NCBI GenBank assembly: GCA_963717505.1 | Contig: OY970342.1 | Location: forward strand, 2,208,001-2,272,000 | Reading direction: 5' to 3' | From: Candidatus Eiseniibacteriota bacterium | Lineage (GTDB): Bacteria > Eisenbacteria > RBG-16-71-46 | DNA length: 64,000 bases | In this document: in pieces, positions 38,869 through 49,674 of the stretch | Layout: each line of letters starts with the position of its first letter | Numbering within the stretch: the stretch's first letter is position 1 | Notes under the pieces: generated by a model | Told to the model about the DNA's origin: nothing | The model's input: only the letters and a program-made list of their open reading frames with translations | Database searches by the model: none | Position numbers and translations under genes: made by a program

Positions 38869-40125
38869 ATGCAGGTTGAAGTCATCACCATCGGCAACGA
38901 AGTGTTGTCGGGCCGCACCCTCGACACCAACTTCGCGTGGCTGGCGCGCGCGCTCGAAGAAGTGAGCGTGCGCGTCGGTTGGCACTCGACCGTCGGCGAT
39001 TCGGCCGATCGGATCGGCGACGCGCTGCGCCGGGCACTCGATCGTGCCGACGCGGTGGTGACCACCGGCGGCCTCGGACCCACGCCCGACGACCTGACGC
39101 GCAAGGCCGTGGCCACCGTGCTCAGTCGTCCGCTGCGGCTCGACGAAGACGTGCTGCAGAGCATTCGCGAGCGGGTGAAGAAGTTCGGCCGTGCGATGCC
39201 GGCATCGGTCGAGGCCCAGGCGCTGCTGCCCAAAGGGGCGCAGGCGTGGCCAAACCGTCAGGGCACGGCCCCGGGGCTTCTGATTCTCGAGCGCGACAAG
39301 CCGCTGATTCTGCTCCCCGGCGTGCCCTACGAAATGGAAGGGCTCGCAAGCGAGTTCGTCGTGCCCTACCTGCGCGAGCGCGCCGGCCGGCGGGTGGAGG
39401 TATTCACGCTGCGCACCGCCGGTGTTGCCGAGAGTCATCTGCACGAGAAGATCGGTCCCATGCCGCAGACCTGGCCCGGTGCGGCACTCGCCTACCTGCC
39501 GAGCTTTTTTGGCGTCGACCTGCGCGTGACGGTGACCGGCGACGACCGGGCGCAGGTCGAAGCGGTCGCCGGGCGCGCCTACGACGAGCTGCGCGCGCGC
39601 GTGGCGTCGGTGATGTACGCCGAAGGCTCGACTCCGATCGAGCAGGTCGTGGCCGAGACGCTGATCGAGCAGGGACGAAAGCTGGCGGTGGCCGAGTCGT
39701 GCACCGGCGGGCTCATGGCCAAGCGCATCACCGATTTCTCGGGCTCGTCCAAGTACTTCGAGCGGGGCTTCGTGACCTATTCCAACGAGTCCAAGGTGCA
39801 ATTGCTCGGCGTGCGCGCCGAGGACATAGCCGCCCACGGCGCGGTGAGCGCGGTGGTCGCCGAGCAGATGGCGCGCGGTGCGGCGGAACGCGCGGGCGTC
39901 GAAGCCGGGGTCGGCATCACCGGCATCGCCGGGCCCGAGGGTGGCTCGGCCGAGAAGCCGGTGGGCACCGTGTTCATTGCCGTCCACACGCCGGGGGGCA
40001 CGGCGGTGCGGCCGTACCGCTTCGTCGGCACGCGCAACACGATTCGCGAGCGCGCGGCGCAGACCGCCCTCGACTTGCTCAGGCGGCACCTGAAGGGATT
40101 GCCGCTCGATCCGCGTCTCGGTTAG
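38869..40125 (+). CDS. cinA: Competence/damage-inducible protein A (MoCF-like + NMN deamidase PncC domains)
   Basis: IGNEVLSG..DTN, TGGLGPTPDDLT, GTAPG, LPGVPYEM, AESCTGG, YSNESK, GAVS, GIAGP. Confidence 0.95.
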   Translation: MQVEVITIGNEVLSGRTLDTNFAWLARALEEVSVRVGWHSTVGDSADRIGDALRRALDRADAVVTTGGLGPTPDDLTRKAVATVLSRPLRLDEDVLQSIRERVKKFGRAMPASVEAQALLPKGAQAWPNRQGTAPGLLILERDKPLILLPGVPYEMEGLASEFVVPYLRERAGRRVEVFTLRTAGVAESHLHEKIGPMPQTWPGAALAYLPSFFGVDLRVTVTGDDRAQVEAVAGRAYDELRARVASVMYAEGSTPIEQVVAETLIEQGRKLAVAESCTGGLMAKRITDFSGSSKYFERGFVTYSNESKVQLLGVRAEDIAAHGAVSAVVAEQMARGAAERAGVEAGVGITGIAGPEGGSAEKPVGTVFIAVHTPGGTAVRPYRFVGTRNTIRERAAQTALDLLRRHLKGLPLDPRLG

Positions 40126-40157
40126 GCCCATGCATTCGGCCGTGCGAGGTATGTGAC

Positions 40158-40757
40158 GTGGGTGAACCGAAGGCAGCGCACCGCGTGTTTCTCGCGGTGT
40201 TCCCGCCGGAAGGCGTACAGCGCGCCGCGCACGCCTTGGGCGAGTCGCTGCGGCGCGACGGTGACGGCGTGTCGTGGGTCAAGCGCGACAACCTGCACTA
40301 CACGATGCGTTTCATCGGCGATGTTGGCGACGACGGATTGCGACGCGTGGCCGAGGCCGCGGCGACCACTGCCGAGCGCCATGAGGCATTCGACGCCGAG
40401 CTGGGCGGCATCGGCGCGTTTCCGAACACAAGGAAGGCGCGCGTGATTTGGCTAGGGATGACGGCGGGCGAGCGGGCGATGATGGAACTCGGGCGCGACC
40501 TCGAGGCGGAACTCCGGCGGCGCGGATTCGAGAAGGCCGAGCGGCCGTTCACTCCGCACCTGACACTCGGGCGCGCGCGAGTGCCCGGCCGCGACTGGAC
40601 GGAGGAGCTGGAATTGGCACGAGTCGCAGGCGCGGTGCCACGCTTCCGAGTCGATCGGCTGCTGGTGGTCGAGAGTCAGTTGTCGCCAAAGGGATCGATT
40701 TACACGGTCAAGGGCGAGGGAAAGTTGGGAGTATCGGGCAGCCAGCCCGTGCGGTAA
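40158..40757 (+). CDS. thpR: RNA 2',3'-cyclic phosphodiesterase (2H family)
   Basis: RVFLAV, LHYTMRF, FTPHLTLGR (two HxT motifs); follows cinA. Confidence 0.9.
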   Translation: MGEPKAAHRVFLAVFPPEGVQRAAHALGESLRRDGDGVSWVKRDNLHYTMRFIGDVGDDGLRRVAEAAATTAERHEAFDAELGGIGAFPNTRKARVIWLGMTAGERAMMELGRDLEAELRRRGFEKAERPFTPHLTLGRARVPGRDWTEELELARVAGAVPRFRVDRLLVVESQLSPKGSIYTVKGEGKLGVSGSQPVR

Positions 40758-40766
40758 CCTCGTTGC

Positions 40767-42497
40767 ATGCCATTCGTCGCCCGTGCAATCGCGACGAGCC
40801 TCCTCGCTTCGTCCCTCGCGACACCGGTTGCGGCCGCCTGGCCGCCGCTCGGCGGCCTCGGCGTCACGGTGTGTGACACGACCGGCTTCCGAAATGGACT
40901 GGCTAGCGTCGGGGATGGTTCCGGCGGCGCCTATTTCATGTGGCTCGACTGGCGTGATGAGGCGAACCGACGGTTCTTCGCCCAACGCGTGAGTGGATCC
41001 GGCGTCGCGTTGTGGCTGGCCAACGGCATCTCGGTGGGCTCTACGATGGCGTTCATCCACCCTTCCGTTGGTGGCGGCCCCCCGGTCATCGTCAGCGACG
41101 ACCAAGGCGGCGCGCTCGTTCTTTGGAGCGACTTTCGCGCCGACACGGCCGGCAACCTCTATGCGCAGCGGCTCGCCCCCGACGGCACGCTGCTCTGGGG
41201 GCCGGACGCTGTTCCCGTGAATCTCGGGCCCCGCCACGAAGTCAGCTTCGTGGCCGAGAGCGATGGCGCGGGCGGGATGTTTGTGGTGTGGCGCGATGAC
41301 CGTGACAGCATTTTCACGACACGCGCGCAGCGGGTGGATGCGGCAGGCAGTCTGCTTTGGGGCGAGGACGGCGTCGTCGTGTGCCCCAACCATTTGTCGC
41401 AAACGAGTCAGAGGCTCGCATCGGACGGTTTGGGCGGCGCGCTGGTCGCCTGGACGGAGGTTCGGGGTGGCCAGATTCATGGGTTCGCTCAGCGATTGAA
41501 CGCAGGAGGCGAGCCGCAGTGGGCCACACTGGGCGTTCAACTCTCGACCTCGCCACACGGGACCTTCGTGAATGACATCGAAGCCGACGGTAGCGGCGGA
41601 ATGGTGGTCGCATGGCTCGACTATCGGTCGCTGAACACCTGGACACAGGCCTTTGCACAGCGGGTGACCGCAGACGGCAATGTCGCATGGGCTCCCGACG
41701 GCGTGAGCCTGAGCGGGACCACTTGGTACGTCAATGAGACGTTCGTGCTGGGTGACGGCAATGGCGGCGCGATCGTCGGGTGGCAGGACTACAGGAACAA
41801 CGGGTGGAATGCCGCTATGGCTCAACGACTCTCGCCGACGGGAGCGAAGCTGTGGACGCTGCCGGCGGTCGAAGTTGGGCAGAGTTTCGGCGGCAGCGGC
41901 GTCAACCAGGTGAGGATGCTCGCCGACGGCGCCGACGGAGCGGTGTTCGTATGGAATTCAGACGACGGCGGCGACGTTAGCGACGAATATTCCATTTACG
42001 CACAGCGGGTCGGTTCGACCGGTGCGCCGATCTGGTCGAGTGGCGGGGTGGTGCTCGCCTCCCTACACCGGCTCGCCGGCCAGTTGGTTGCGGTTCCAGA
42101 TGGCAGCGGAGGTGTGGTCGCCGGATGGCTCGACCAAGCCGGATTCGGGGGCCCGCCCAGATACGCGGCCCAACGCGTTGCGGGCAGTGGCACGTTGAGC
42201 GTGCCGCAACGTGAGGAGTCGAGTTTGACGCTGGCATGCGTGCCGACGCCCGCCCGCGCGAGCGAAGGCGTGGAATTGCGCCTTGCGCCGGTGGTGGGCT
42301 CGCGCGTTGGCGTGGGGATTTACGACCTCGGTGGACGGTTGGTGCGCTCGTTCGACGAGCCGATGGTCGGAGCCACGGGCCGGCTGCGATGGGACGGACG
42401 GGACGCTGAGGGCCGCTCGAGCCCGCCGGGCCTTTACTTTGTAACGGTGCGCTCGGGCATTGGGGTTGGCCGGGCGAGAATCGTGATCGTGGAGTAG
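40767..42497 (+). CDS. Secreted repeat protein (DGxGGAxVxWxDxR...YAQR...G...W repeats) with T9SS/FlgD-like C-terminal domain
   Basis: Signal peptide; about eight DG.GG repeats; IYDLGGRLVR..WDGRDAEGR..PGLYFV. Confidence 0.82.
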   Translation: MPFVARAIATSLLASSLATPVAAAWPPLGGLGVTVCDTTGFRNGLASVGDGSGGAYFMWLDWRDEANRRFFAQRVSGSGVALWLANGISVGSTMAFIHPSVGGGPPVIVSDDQGGALVLWSDFRADTAGNLYAQRLAPDGTLLWGPDAVPVNLGPRHEVSFVAESDGAGGMFVVWRDDRDSIFTTRAQRVDAAGSLLWGEDGVVVCPNHLSQTSQRLASDGLGGALVAWTEVRGGQIHGFAQRLNAGGEPQWATLGVQLSTSPHGTFVNDIEADGSGGMVVAWLDYRSLNTWTQAFAQRVTADGNVAWAPDGVSLSGTTWYVNETFVLGDGNGGAIVGWQDYRNNGWNAAMAQRLSPTGAKLWTLPAVEVGQSFGGSGVNQVRMLADGADGAVFVWNSDDGGDVSDEYSIYAQRVGSTGAPIWSSGGVVLASLHRLAGQLVAVPDGSGGVVAGWLDQAGFGGPPRYAAQRVAGSGTLSVPQREESSLTLACVPTPARASEGVELRLAPVVGSRVGVGIYDLGGRLVRSFDEPMVGATGRLRWDGRDAEGRSSPPGLYFVTVRSGIGVGRARIVIVE

Positions 42498-42534
42498 CCC
42501 CTAGGGCCTTCGGGCTCCGATCCGGTTTTTCCGC

Positions 42535-42563
42535 TTGCCCGCGGCCTGGGGTAGGCCTAGCCT
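42535..42563 (+). promoter_or_regulatory. Putative sigma70 promoter for the peptide/regulator unit
   Basis: TTGCCC-N17-TAGCCT. Confidence 0.4.
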
Positions 42564-42761
42564 TGACGGGCGTTCCGTTAGCCCCCGACCCCTAAGCCGG
42601 GATGCCACATGGCCGAATCCCCTCATCCCACACGGAACCTGTTCGCGACCCCATCGGGGCAGACTCGTGCTGCCCGGGCGGGGTCTCGGTTTCTTCCGGC
42701 GGCTCTGCCCCCGAAGCCGAGCCGCGCAGCACGGAGAGGGGATCTCCGAAGGAGCGAGGCG

Positions 42762-43052
42762 ATGAAGAAGCATGGCCGGCCGTGGTGGCTGGCGGTCGTG
42801 GTCGCGGTGGGGATGACCGTGATGGCGGCGGGGGTGGTGCAGGCGGGGCGGATCCCACTTCCGGAACGAGGTGGCTGGAAGTTGGGTGATCCGGATGATC
42901 CTCCGTCCCAGGTTCGACGGTCTCCTGCAATGGAAGTTGTGGTTCCTGTGGAAGGACGTCCGTACGGTGGACTTCTTCTGTGGCTCTCCAGGTGGGGTGT
43001 CTTGCCCAATCCAGTCTTGAAGAGGCTTGGTGAGAATGATCGTTGGCACTAA
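42762..43052 (+). CDS. Small secreted protein (96 aa): signal peptide + GDPDDP motif; candidate signalling propeptide
   Basis: AAGGAG/GAGG RBS; MKK..hydrophobic core..VQA cleavage site; overlaps the start of the TPR-sigma54 gene. Confidence 0.65.
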   Translation: MKKHGRPWWLAVVVAVGMTVMAAGVVQAGRIPLPERGGWKLGDPDDPPSQVRRSPAMEVVVPVEGRPYGGLLLWLSRWGVLPNPVLKRLGENDRWH

Positions 43053-45490
43053 GGCCCAAGTCAGCGCACTTCGCGAGCTGATCAGGTCCAATCATTGGTC
43101 AGCCGACAAGAGTGCAGTCGACGGGGCAGTTTTGGCTTGCAGCGAAGGACTCTGTGACCGCGGCGAACCCGAGGTCGCAATCGAGCTCATTACTGATTGG
43201 ACCGACCGAAACCCAATCGGGCTTGGGTCGGTCCAGCTAATGTCGACTTTGGCGCGGGCTCACCTCCTTCTGGCCCAGAATGACGATGCACTCCTCATTG
43301 TGAGGAGAGTCCAGAACGACATCGGTGATGAATTGGTACACAGTTCCGCTGAATCCGCGTACTTGCGAATCTGGGAGGGAGTAGCGCTGCGGGGCCTGAG
43401 TCGCACCGACGAATCGGAGTCGGTACTAATGGCGGTGCAAAGGGAACTCATTGCGAGGCCGGACTCGCGGGCACTGGGGACCTGCGCGTATCAGCTTGCA
43501 GCAACTCTTCTAGTTGGCGGCAATCGCGTTGCTGCCAAACGGTGGCTGTTGGACGCCATAGTGTCTGCCCGTCGTTGCCGCGATCCACTACTCGAGGCGA
43601 ACGCTTTGCTCGCCCTTGCGATGATTGAGAGATTCCATTGTCGCTGGCCCAACGCCATCGAGGCGGCGACTGAAGCGGCTACTCTGGCTCGGGGAATTGA
43701 TGGTGGCTTGGCGGAATGTCATTCGGCGAGAGCGCTGGCCATCACCGCTTGGAAGCGCGGGCGCCTAGAGGAGGCAGAAAGAGCCGCGGCTGCGTATCTG
43801 TCTGCAACGCGCAGTGCTGGAGCGCAAGACATCAAGTGGGAGCAGTTCGGCGCTCTGCTGATTGGAATGATTGCACTTCATGCCGGTCGGACTTCAGAGG
43901 CTGCTCTTGTGTTTGGATCGATCGATGGGCTGCCAACCGGGGGCCTTGAGTCCCGTCCGTCCCTCCTCACCTCCGAATTCCTCGGCGACGTCCATCTCGA
44001 ACAAGGCCAAGCCGCCGAAGCCCTGCGCTACTACGACGAAGTCTTCCCCAAAGCCATGGCGTTGGTGCCCAAGGGCGACATCGTCGCCGAGCTGCGCCGC
44101 CGCCGTGCCGAGTGCTACCTGCTCCTCGGCCGCAACGAAGACGCGTACGACGAAGCCAAGACCGGCCTCGAGCACTGTCGCGAGCTGGGCGATCGCTACG
44201 AAGAGGCGGCGACCTATCGCGTGCTGGCACTGAGTGCCGCGGCAATGGGCAACGCGACCGAGGCCCACCGCTGGTTCGAGCAGGGTTTCGCCTACTACGA
44301 CGACATCGAGACGCCGTACGAGTGGGGCAAGTTGTGGCTCGCGTACGGCGATTGGCTCATCGGACCGAATGCCGGCGAGTACACGAACGCCGCTTCGGCG
44401 CACGAAGCCTGGCACGCGGCGCGCGACCACTTCGAGCGCATGGGAGCCAAGGCCAAGCTGGCCGAAGCCGAGGCTCGCATCGCCACCATCCCGGCGGCGC
44501 GCGCTGCGACGAACAGCCACCCACGCCGCCGCCCGCGGGGAACCGCCGAGATCGAGCGGCGATCAAACTGGGGGTTCGAGACTTTCGGCCTGGTCACCGA
44601 ACACCGGCCGATGCTCCATTTGCTCGAGCAGGTCGCGAAGCTCGCCAAGTCGCAACTCGCCGGTGCTGATTCTCGGCGAATCGGGAACCGGCAAGGAGCT
44701 GATCGCCCACGGCATCCACAAGCTCTCGGTGCGCGCGGGCACGTTCATGCCCATCAACTGCGCCGCCCTGCCGCGTGAGGTGATCGAGAGCGAGCTGTTC
44801 GGCTACGTCGCCGGTGCTTTCACCGGCGCAACGCGCGAGAAGGCGGGGCTCCTCGAAGTCTGCCAGGACGGCACCGTGTTTCTCGACGAGATCGGGGAGA
44901 TGCCGTTCGAGCTTCAGGCGCGCCTCCTGCGATTCCTCGAGACCGGCGAGCTGCGTCGCGTGGGTGCGACGCGCAACCTCAAGGTGCAGACGCGGGTCGT
45001 TGCAGCGACCAATCGCGATCAATTGGCGCTCGAGAAGGGCGAACACCTGCGGCGCGACCTCTACTACCGTCTCGCGCACGGAGTGGTGGCGCTCCCGCCG
45101 CTCCGGCAGCGCGGCGACGACATCGGGCTGCTGATCGCCCACTTCCTCGACGAAGCATGCGCCGAAGCGGGGCGCGAAGTTCGGCTGAGCCTCGAGGCCG
45201 AAGAGATTCTGCGCGAGCACTCGTGGCCTGGGAACGTTCGTGAGCTGAAGGGCGTGCTCCAGCGCCTCGTGATCTTTGCGGTGGATGGGCACGAGATCAC
45301 TCCCGCCGAGCTGGAGCTGGGTACGGCCACCGCTCCCTCGACGCTGCTCGAGGAACTGGCCGAAAGCGAGAAGTTGCGAATCGCTGAAGCACTCAAGCAG
45401 GCCCGGAACTCCCGGACCGACGCGGCCAAAGCACTTGGAATTCCCCGAACGACTCTGCTCAACAAGATGAAGCGTTACGGGCTGAGTTGA
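43036..45490 (+). CDS. TPR-repeat sigma54-dependent activator, split by a +1 frameshift at about 44653
   Basis: Frame 1 gives TPR-like helical repeats up to AKLAKS; frame 2 continues NSPVLILGESGTGKE, ELFGYVAGAFTGA, FLDEIGE, AATNR, WPGNVREL, AAKALGIPRTTL. May be a sequencing error or a pseudogene. Confidence 0.88.
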
Positions 45491-45521
45491 GTTCGACATC
45501 CGGCCGCAGCGGGAGGGAGCC

Positions 45522-47570
45522 TTGAAGCAGTTTCTATCGGCTCTGATGGGAGCTGCTGTGTTGGTGCCGTGGCTGACCGCCACGTCGGCGGGCGCAGCGT
45601 GTCCGGGGATCGATCTTCTTGGCCAGCCCTCTTTCTACTTCGTTGGCGAGAATCCTTTTCACACGATAGTTGCTGACTTCAACGGCGACGACATTCAGGA
45701 TTTGGCAGTCACCGTAAATGGCACGAGCCACATCGGCATCCTGATCGGTCAAGGAGACGGAACTTTCGAGAACGTGGTTCTTTACTCAGTGCTGCCGGGA
45801 AGCGGCCACCTTGTGGCCAAGGATTTCAACCTCGATGGATACCTGGATATCGCCACGAACAGCGGGGCGACGAACTCCATCACCGTGCTTCCTGGCAACG
45901 GCGATGGCACATTCGCCGCTCCTTCATCTGTTCCGGTGCACGGCCAGGCGCCCTACGGAGTCACGAGTGGCGATTTCAACAACGACGGCATCCCCGATCT
46001 GGCTTCTGCCGACCTTCTCTCCGACGCGGTCTCCGTGATCCTCGGTCAGCCCGGCGGTGGATTCTCGGCGCCCTTGAGTTTCGGCGCCGGTGTCCACCCG
46101 TACGACATCCAGACCGGCGATTTCAACGAGGACGGAAATGCCGACTTGGTGGTCTCGAATCAAAACAGCCAGAATATTTCGATTCTGCGCGGGGTGGGCG
46201 ACGGCACGTTCGACAATACGCTGAACTACCCGGTGGGGATCTATCCGTACAAGATCGCGCTCGGGGACGTCAACGGCGACGGCACCTTGGACCTCGCGGT
46301 AGCCAACGGTGGCAACGCGACACTCACGATTGTCAGGGGCAACGGTAGCGGCGGTGTTGGGAACGGGACCTTCGCTCAGCCTCTCCACGTCTACGCGGGA
46401 GGCGTGCCGCGCAGCGTCAGCATCGGGTTTTTCGACGACGACCCGATCCTCGACCTCGTGGTTGCCGATTCCGATGGCACCGTAGGGATTCTGACTGGTT
46501 TCGGGAACGGCCTCTTCCTGGGTCCCTACACTTTTCGGGTTGGCGGGCACCCTACGGATGTTGCCGTCGGGGATTTCAATGGCGATTTGAAGCTTGACGT
46601 GGCAGTTGTGCGGTACCCCGAATCGATGGAAATCGCGATTCTGCTGAACCAGTGCGACAATCCGCCGCCCGGTCCCGAGCCGGTCCTGACTGAGGTGCGC
46701 GACGTTCAGAACGACCAAGGCAAACGCGTACTCCTCTTGTGGCAACGCAGCGCGCTCGATTTGCCTGGGTACTCAACGATCACCGGCTATCGCGTTTGGC
46801 GCCTCAACGGAACGACCGCCATTTGGGAGGAGCAGGCCACTGTGCCCGCGGTGCAGCTCCCAGAATATAGCTTTGAGGCTGCGACCACCCAGGACTCTTT
46901 GTCCTCGAGCAACCCCTACACGGCCTTCTTCATCTCAGCACTCACCACCGACCCCGACACGTTCTACGAATCCAACGTCGACAGTGGCTACTCAATAGAC
47001 AATCTGCCGCCGGACGCCCCAGTAGGATTGAGCGCCATCACCACGGCGGGTGGGGTAGAGCTGACGTGGACGCCGAACTCCGAAGAAGACCTGGATGGCT
47101 ATCATGTCTATCGCGGGCTGACACCCGACTTCGTGCCAGGTCCCGGGAGTCTGATCGGTCCTTCCACGATCACGACGTTCGTCGACTCAGAGGGCAATTC
47201 CTCGCACTTCTACAAAGTCACCGCAATCGACTCCCAGGGCAACGAGGGTTCAACGGCGCTCGCGGCCGCCGGTCCGTACACCGGAGTAGGCGATGCCCCA
47301 TTCTTGTTCGCCCTGCGCGGCGCGATGCCCAACCCTTCGCGTGACGGCAGGTTCTCGGTCTCGTTCAGCCTGGCGAATTCGTCTCCGGCAAAGATCGAGT
47401 TGATCGATGCCGCGGGACGGCGAGTTCTCGAGAAAGCCCTTCACGGACTCGGCGCCGGGACGCACACGATCGACCTGGGGCGGCAGCGGTCGCTCCCCGA
47501 GGGGCTCTACGTCTTGCGTCTGTCGCAGGCAGGAAGTGCGGCTTCGTCGAAGGTCGTGGTCCTGAAGTAG
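45522..47570 (+). CDS. Secreted FG-GAP/VCBS repeat protein with FN3-like domain and T9SS-like C-terminal domain
   Basis: GGAGG RBS, TTG start; DFNxDGxxD repeats; [14 protein letters not shown]; [19 protein letters not shown]; [19 protein letters not shown]. Confidence 0.87.
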   Translation: MKQFLSALMGAAVLVPWLTATSAGAACPGIDLLGQPSFYFVGENPFHTIVADFNGDDIQDLAVTVNGTSHIGILIGQGDGTFENVVLYSVLPGSGHLVAKDFNLDGYLDIATNSGATNSITVLPGNGDGTFAAPSSVPVHGQAPYGVTSGDFNNDGIPDLASADLLSDAVSVILGQPGGGFSAPLSFGAGVHPYDIQTGDFNEDGNADLVVSNQNSQNISILRGVGDGTFDNTLNYPVGIYPYKIALGDVNGDGTLDLAVANGGNATLTIVRGNGSGGVGNGTFAQPLHVYAGGVPRSVSIGFFDDDPILDLVVADSDGTVGILTGFGNGLFLGPYTFRVGGHPTDVAVGDFNGDLKLDVAVVRYPESMEIAILLNQCDNPPPGPEPVLTEVRDVQNDQGKRVLLLWQRSALDLPGYSTITGYRVWRLNGTTAIWEEQATVPAVQLPEYSFEAATTQDSLSSSNPYTAFFISALTTDPDTFYESNVDSGYSIDNLPPDAPVGLSAITTAGGVELTWTPNSEEDLDGYHVYRGLTPDFVPGPGSLIGPSTITTFVDSEGNSSHFYKVTAIDSQGNEGSTALAAAGPYTGVGDAPFLFALRGAMPNPSRDGRFSVSFSLANSSPAKIELIDAAGRRVLEKALHGLGAGTHTIDLGRQRSLPEGLYVLRLSQAGSAASSKVVVLK

Positions 47571-47595
47571 GCGGGCGACCGCTCCAGACGCCCTC

Positions 47596-47623
47596 TTGAC
47601 GCCAGTGCACATCCGTGTATCAT
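47596..47623 (+). promoter_or_regulatory. recA promoter with an overlapping candidate SOS box
   Basis: TTGACG-N16-TATCAT; TGCAC-ATCC-GTGTA at 47606-47619. Confidence 0.6.
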
Positions 47624-47691
47624 GGCGCCACCCGAAGGAACGGGACCCCGTCCCGGCACATGACGAAGCCCCTGCGAAGGAGACGCAGACC

Positions 47692-48831
<1,140 letters not shown>

Positions 48832-48890
48832 ACCAAATGCTTCATTGCCCCCTGAGAATGGACCTAGGCCAGAGCCAAGGGAGGGTCCCA

Positions 48891-49475
48891 GTGGGTGATC
48901 TGAGTCGAGAAGCCGTTGAAGTGGCGGTTACGCTTCTCCCCGGATTCCTTTCCGTCAAGGTGAAGGACTTCTTCCGTCCACCAAGGGAGCTGCCGACTTC
49001 TGACATGTTTCTCGAAGTTGTTGCGTTCTCGGTCGCGAACTATGTGATCGCCTCGATCGTGCTTTCCCTCTTCAACTCCAGGGTGGGGGTGTTCCCCGAA
49101 TCGCTCGTGAACCTCGGTTTGTCGTCCCTGGTTCTAGGTATGGCGAGCGGGATTGTCGTGGGGAATGACCTCCATTACCGTTGGGCGAGGTGGTTCAAGC
49201 TGACAACGAGGACGGGGAGAGACGATGTCTGGCAGGATGCCTTGGGAGACATCAGCGGCAACTGGATGCTCATTCATCTCGCAGATAGTCGGCGTGTCAT
49301 GGGGTGGGCTCGGTACTATTCAGACAATGGCAAGTCGTCTTCTGTGTTCTTGAAGGACGCGTCGTGGGTTGAAGACGACGACAGTATGATTCCAATTGAA
49401 GGTGAGGGTGTCCTGGTCACGGAGGCATCCCAAATCCGATACGTAGAGTTTCTGGGTCAAGGAGTCGACGAATGA
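48891..49475 (+). CDS. DUF6338-like membrane protein
   Basis: LLPGF, three TM segments, VWQDA..W.LIHLAD..GW..YSD..VFL..A.W; atypical codon usage; family recalled from pattern. Confidence 0.7.
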   Translation: MGDLSREAVEVAVTLLPGFLSVKVKDFFRPPRELPTSDMFLEVVAFSVANYVIASIVLSLFNSRVGVFPESLVNLGLSSLVLGMASGIVVGNDLHYRWARWFKLTTRTGRDDVWQDALGDISGNWMLIHLADSRRVMGWARYYSDNGKSSSVFLKDASWVEDDDSMIPIEGEGVLVTEASQIRYVEFLGQGVDE

Positions 49476-49636
49476 AGAACCAGCGCGAAGACCAACACAA
49501 CGCAGTCAAGGGCACGACGCGTACTCCAGCCAAGGTCAACCGGGGGGGGCTTGGCATACCTCCCAAAGGCAAGTTACCGCCGCGACCAACTCCAAAGCCT
49601 GGGCGTGGAAACCATCAGGCAGAGAGCACCGGTTAA
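49472..49636 (+). CDS. Pro/Lys-rich 54-aa micro-ORF translationally coupled to the DUF6338-like gene
   Basis: AAGGAG RBS at 49459, ATGA overlap; MKNQREDQHNAVKGTTRTPAKVNRGGLGIPPKGKLPPRPTPKPGRGNHQAESTG*. Confidence 0.6.
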   Translation: MKNQREDQHNAVKGTTRTPAKVNRGGLGIPPKGKLPPRPTPKPGRGNHQAESTG

Positions 49637-49674
49637 GGGCTCCTGACTGCTGAAGCGCCGCCCGTGCAGATGAA

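Noticed and set aside
38311-40131. 1014-aa ORF 37087-40131 as a single protein
   Set aside because: The upstream part is antisense to cinA and the 38503 gene; the signal peptide starts at 38310
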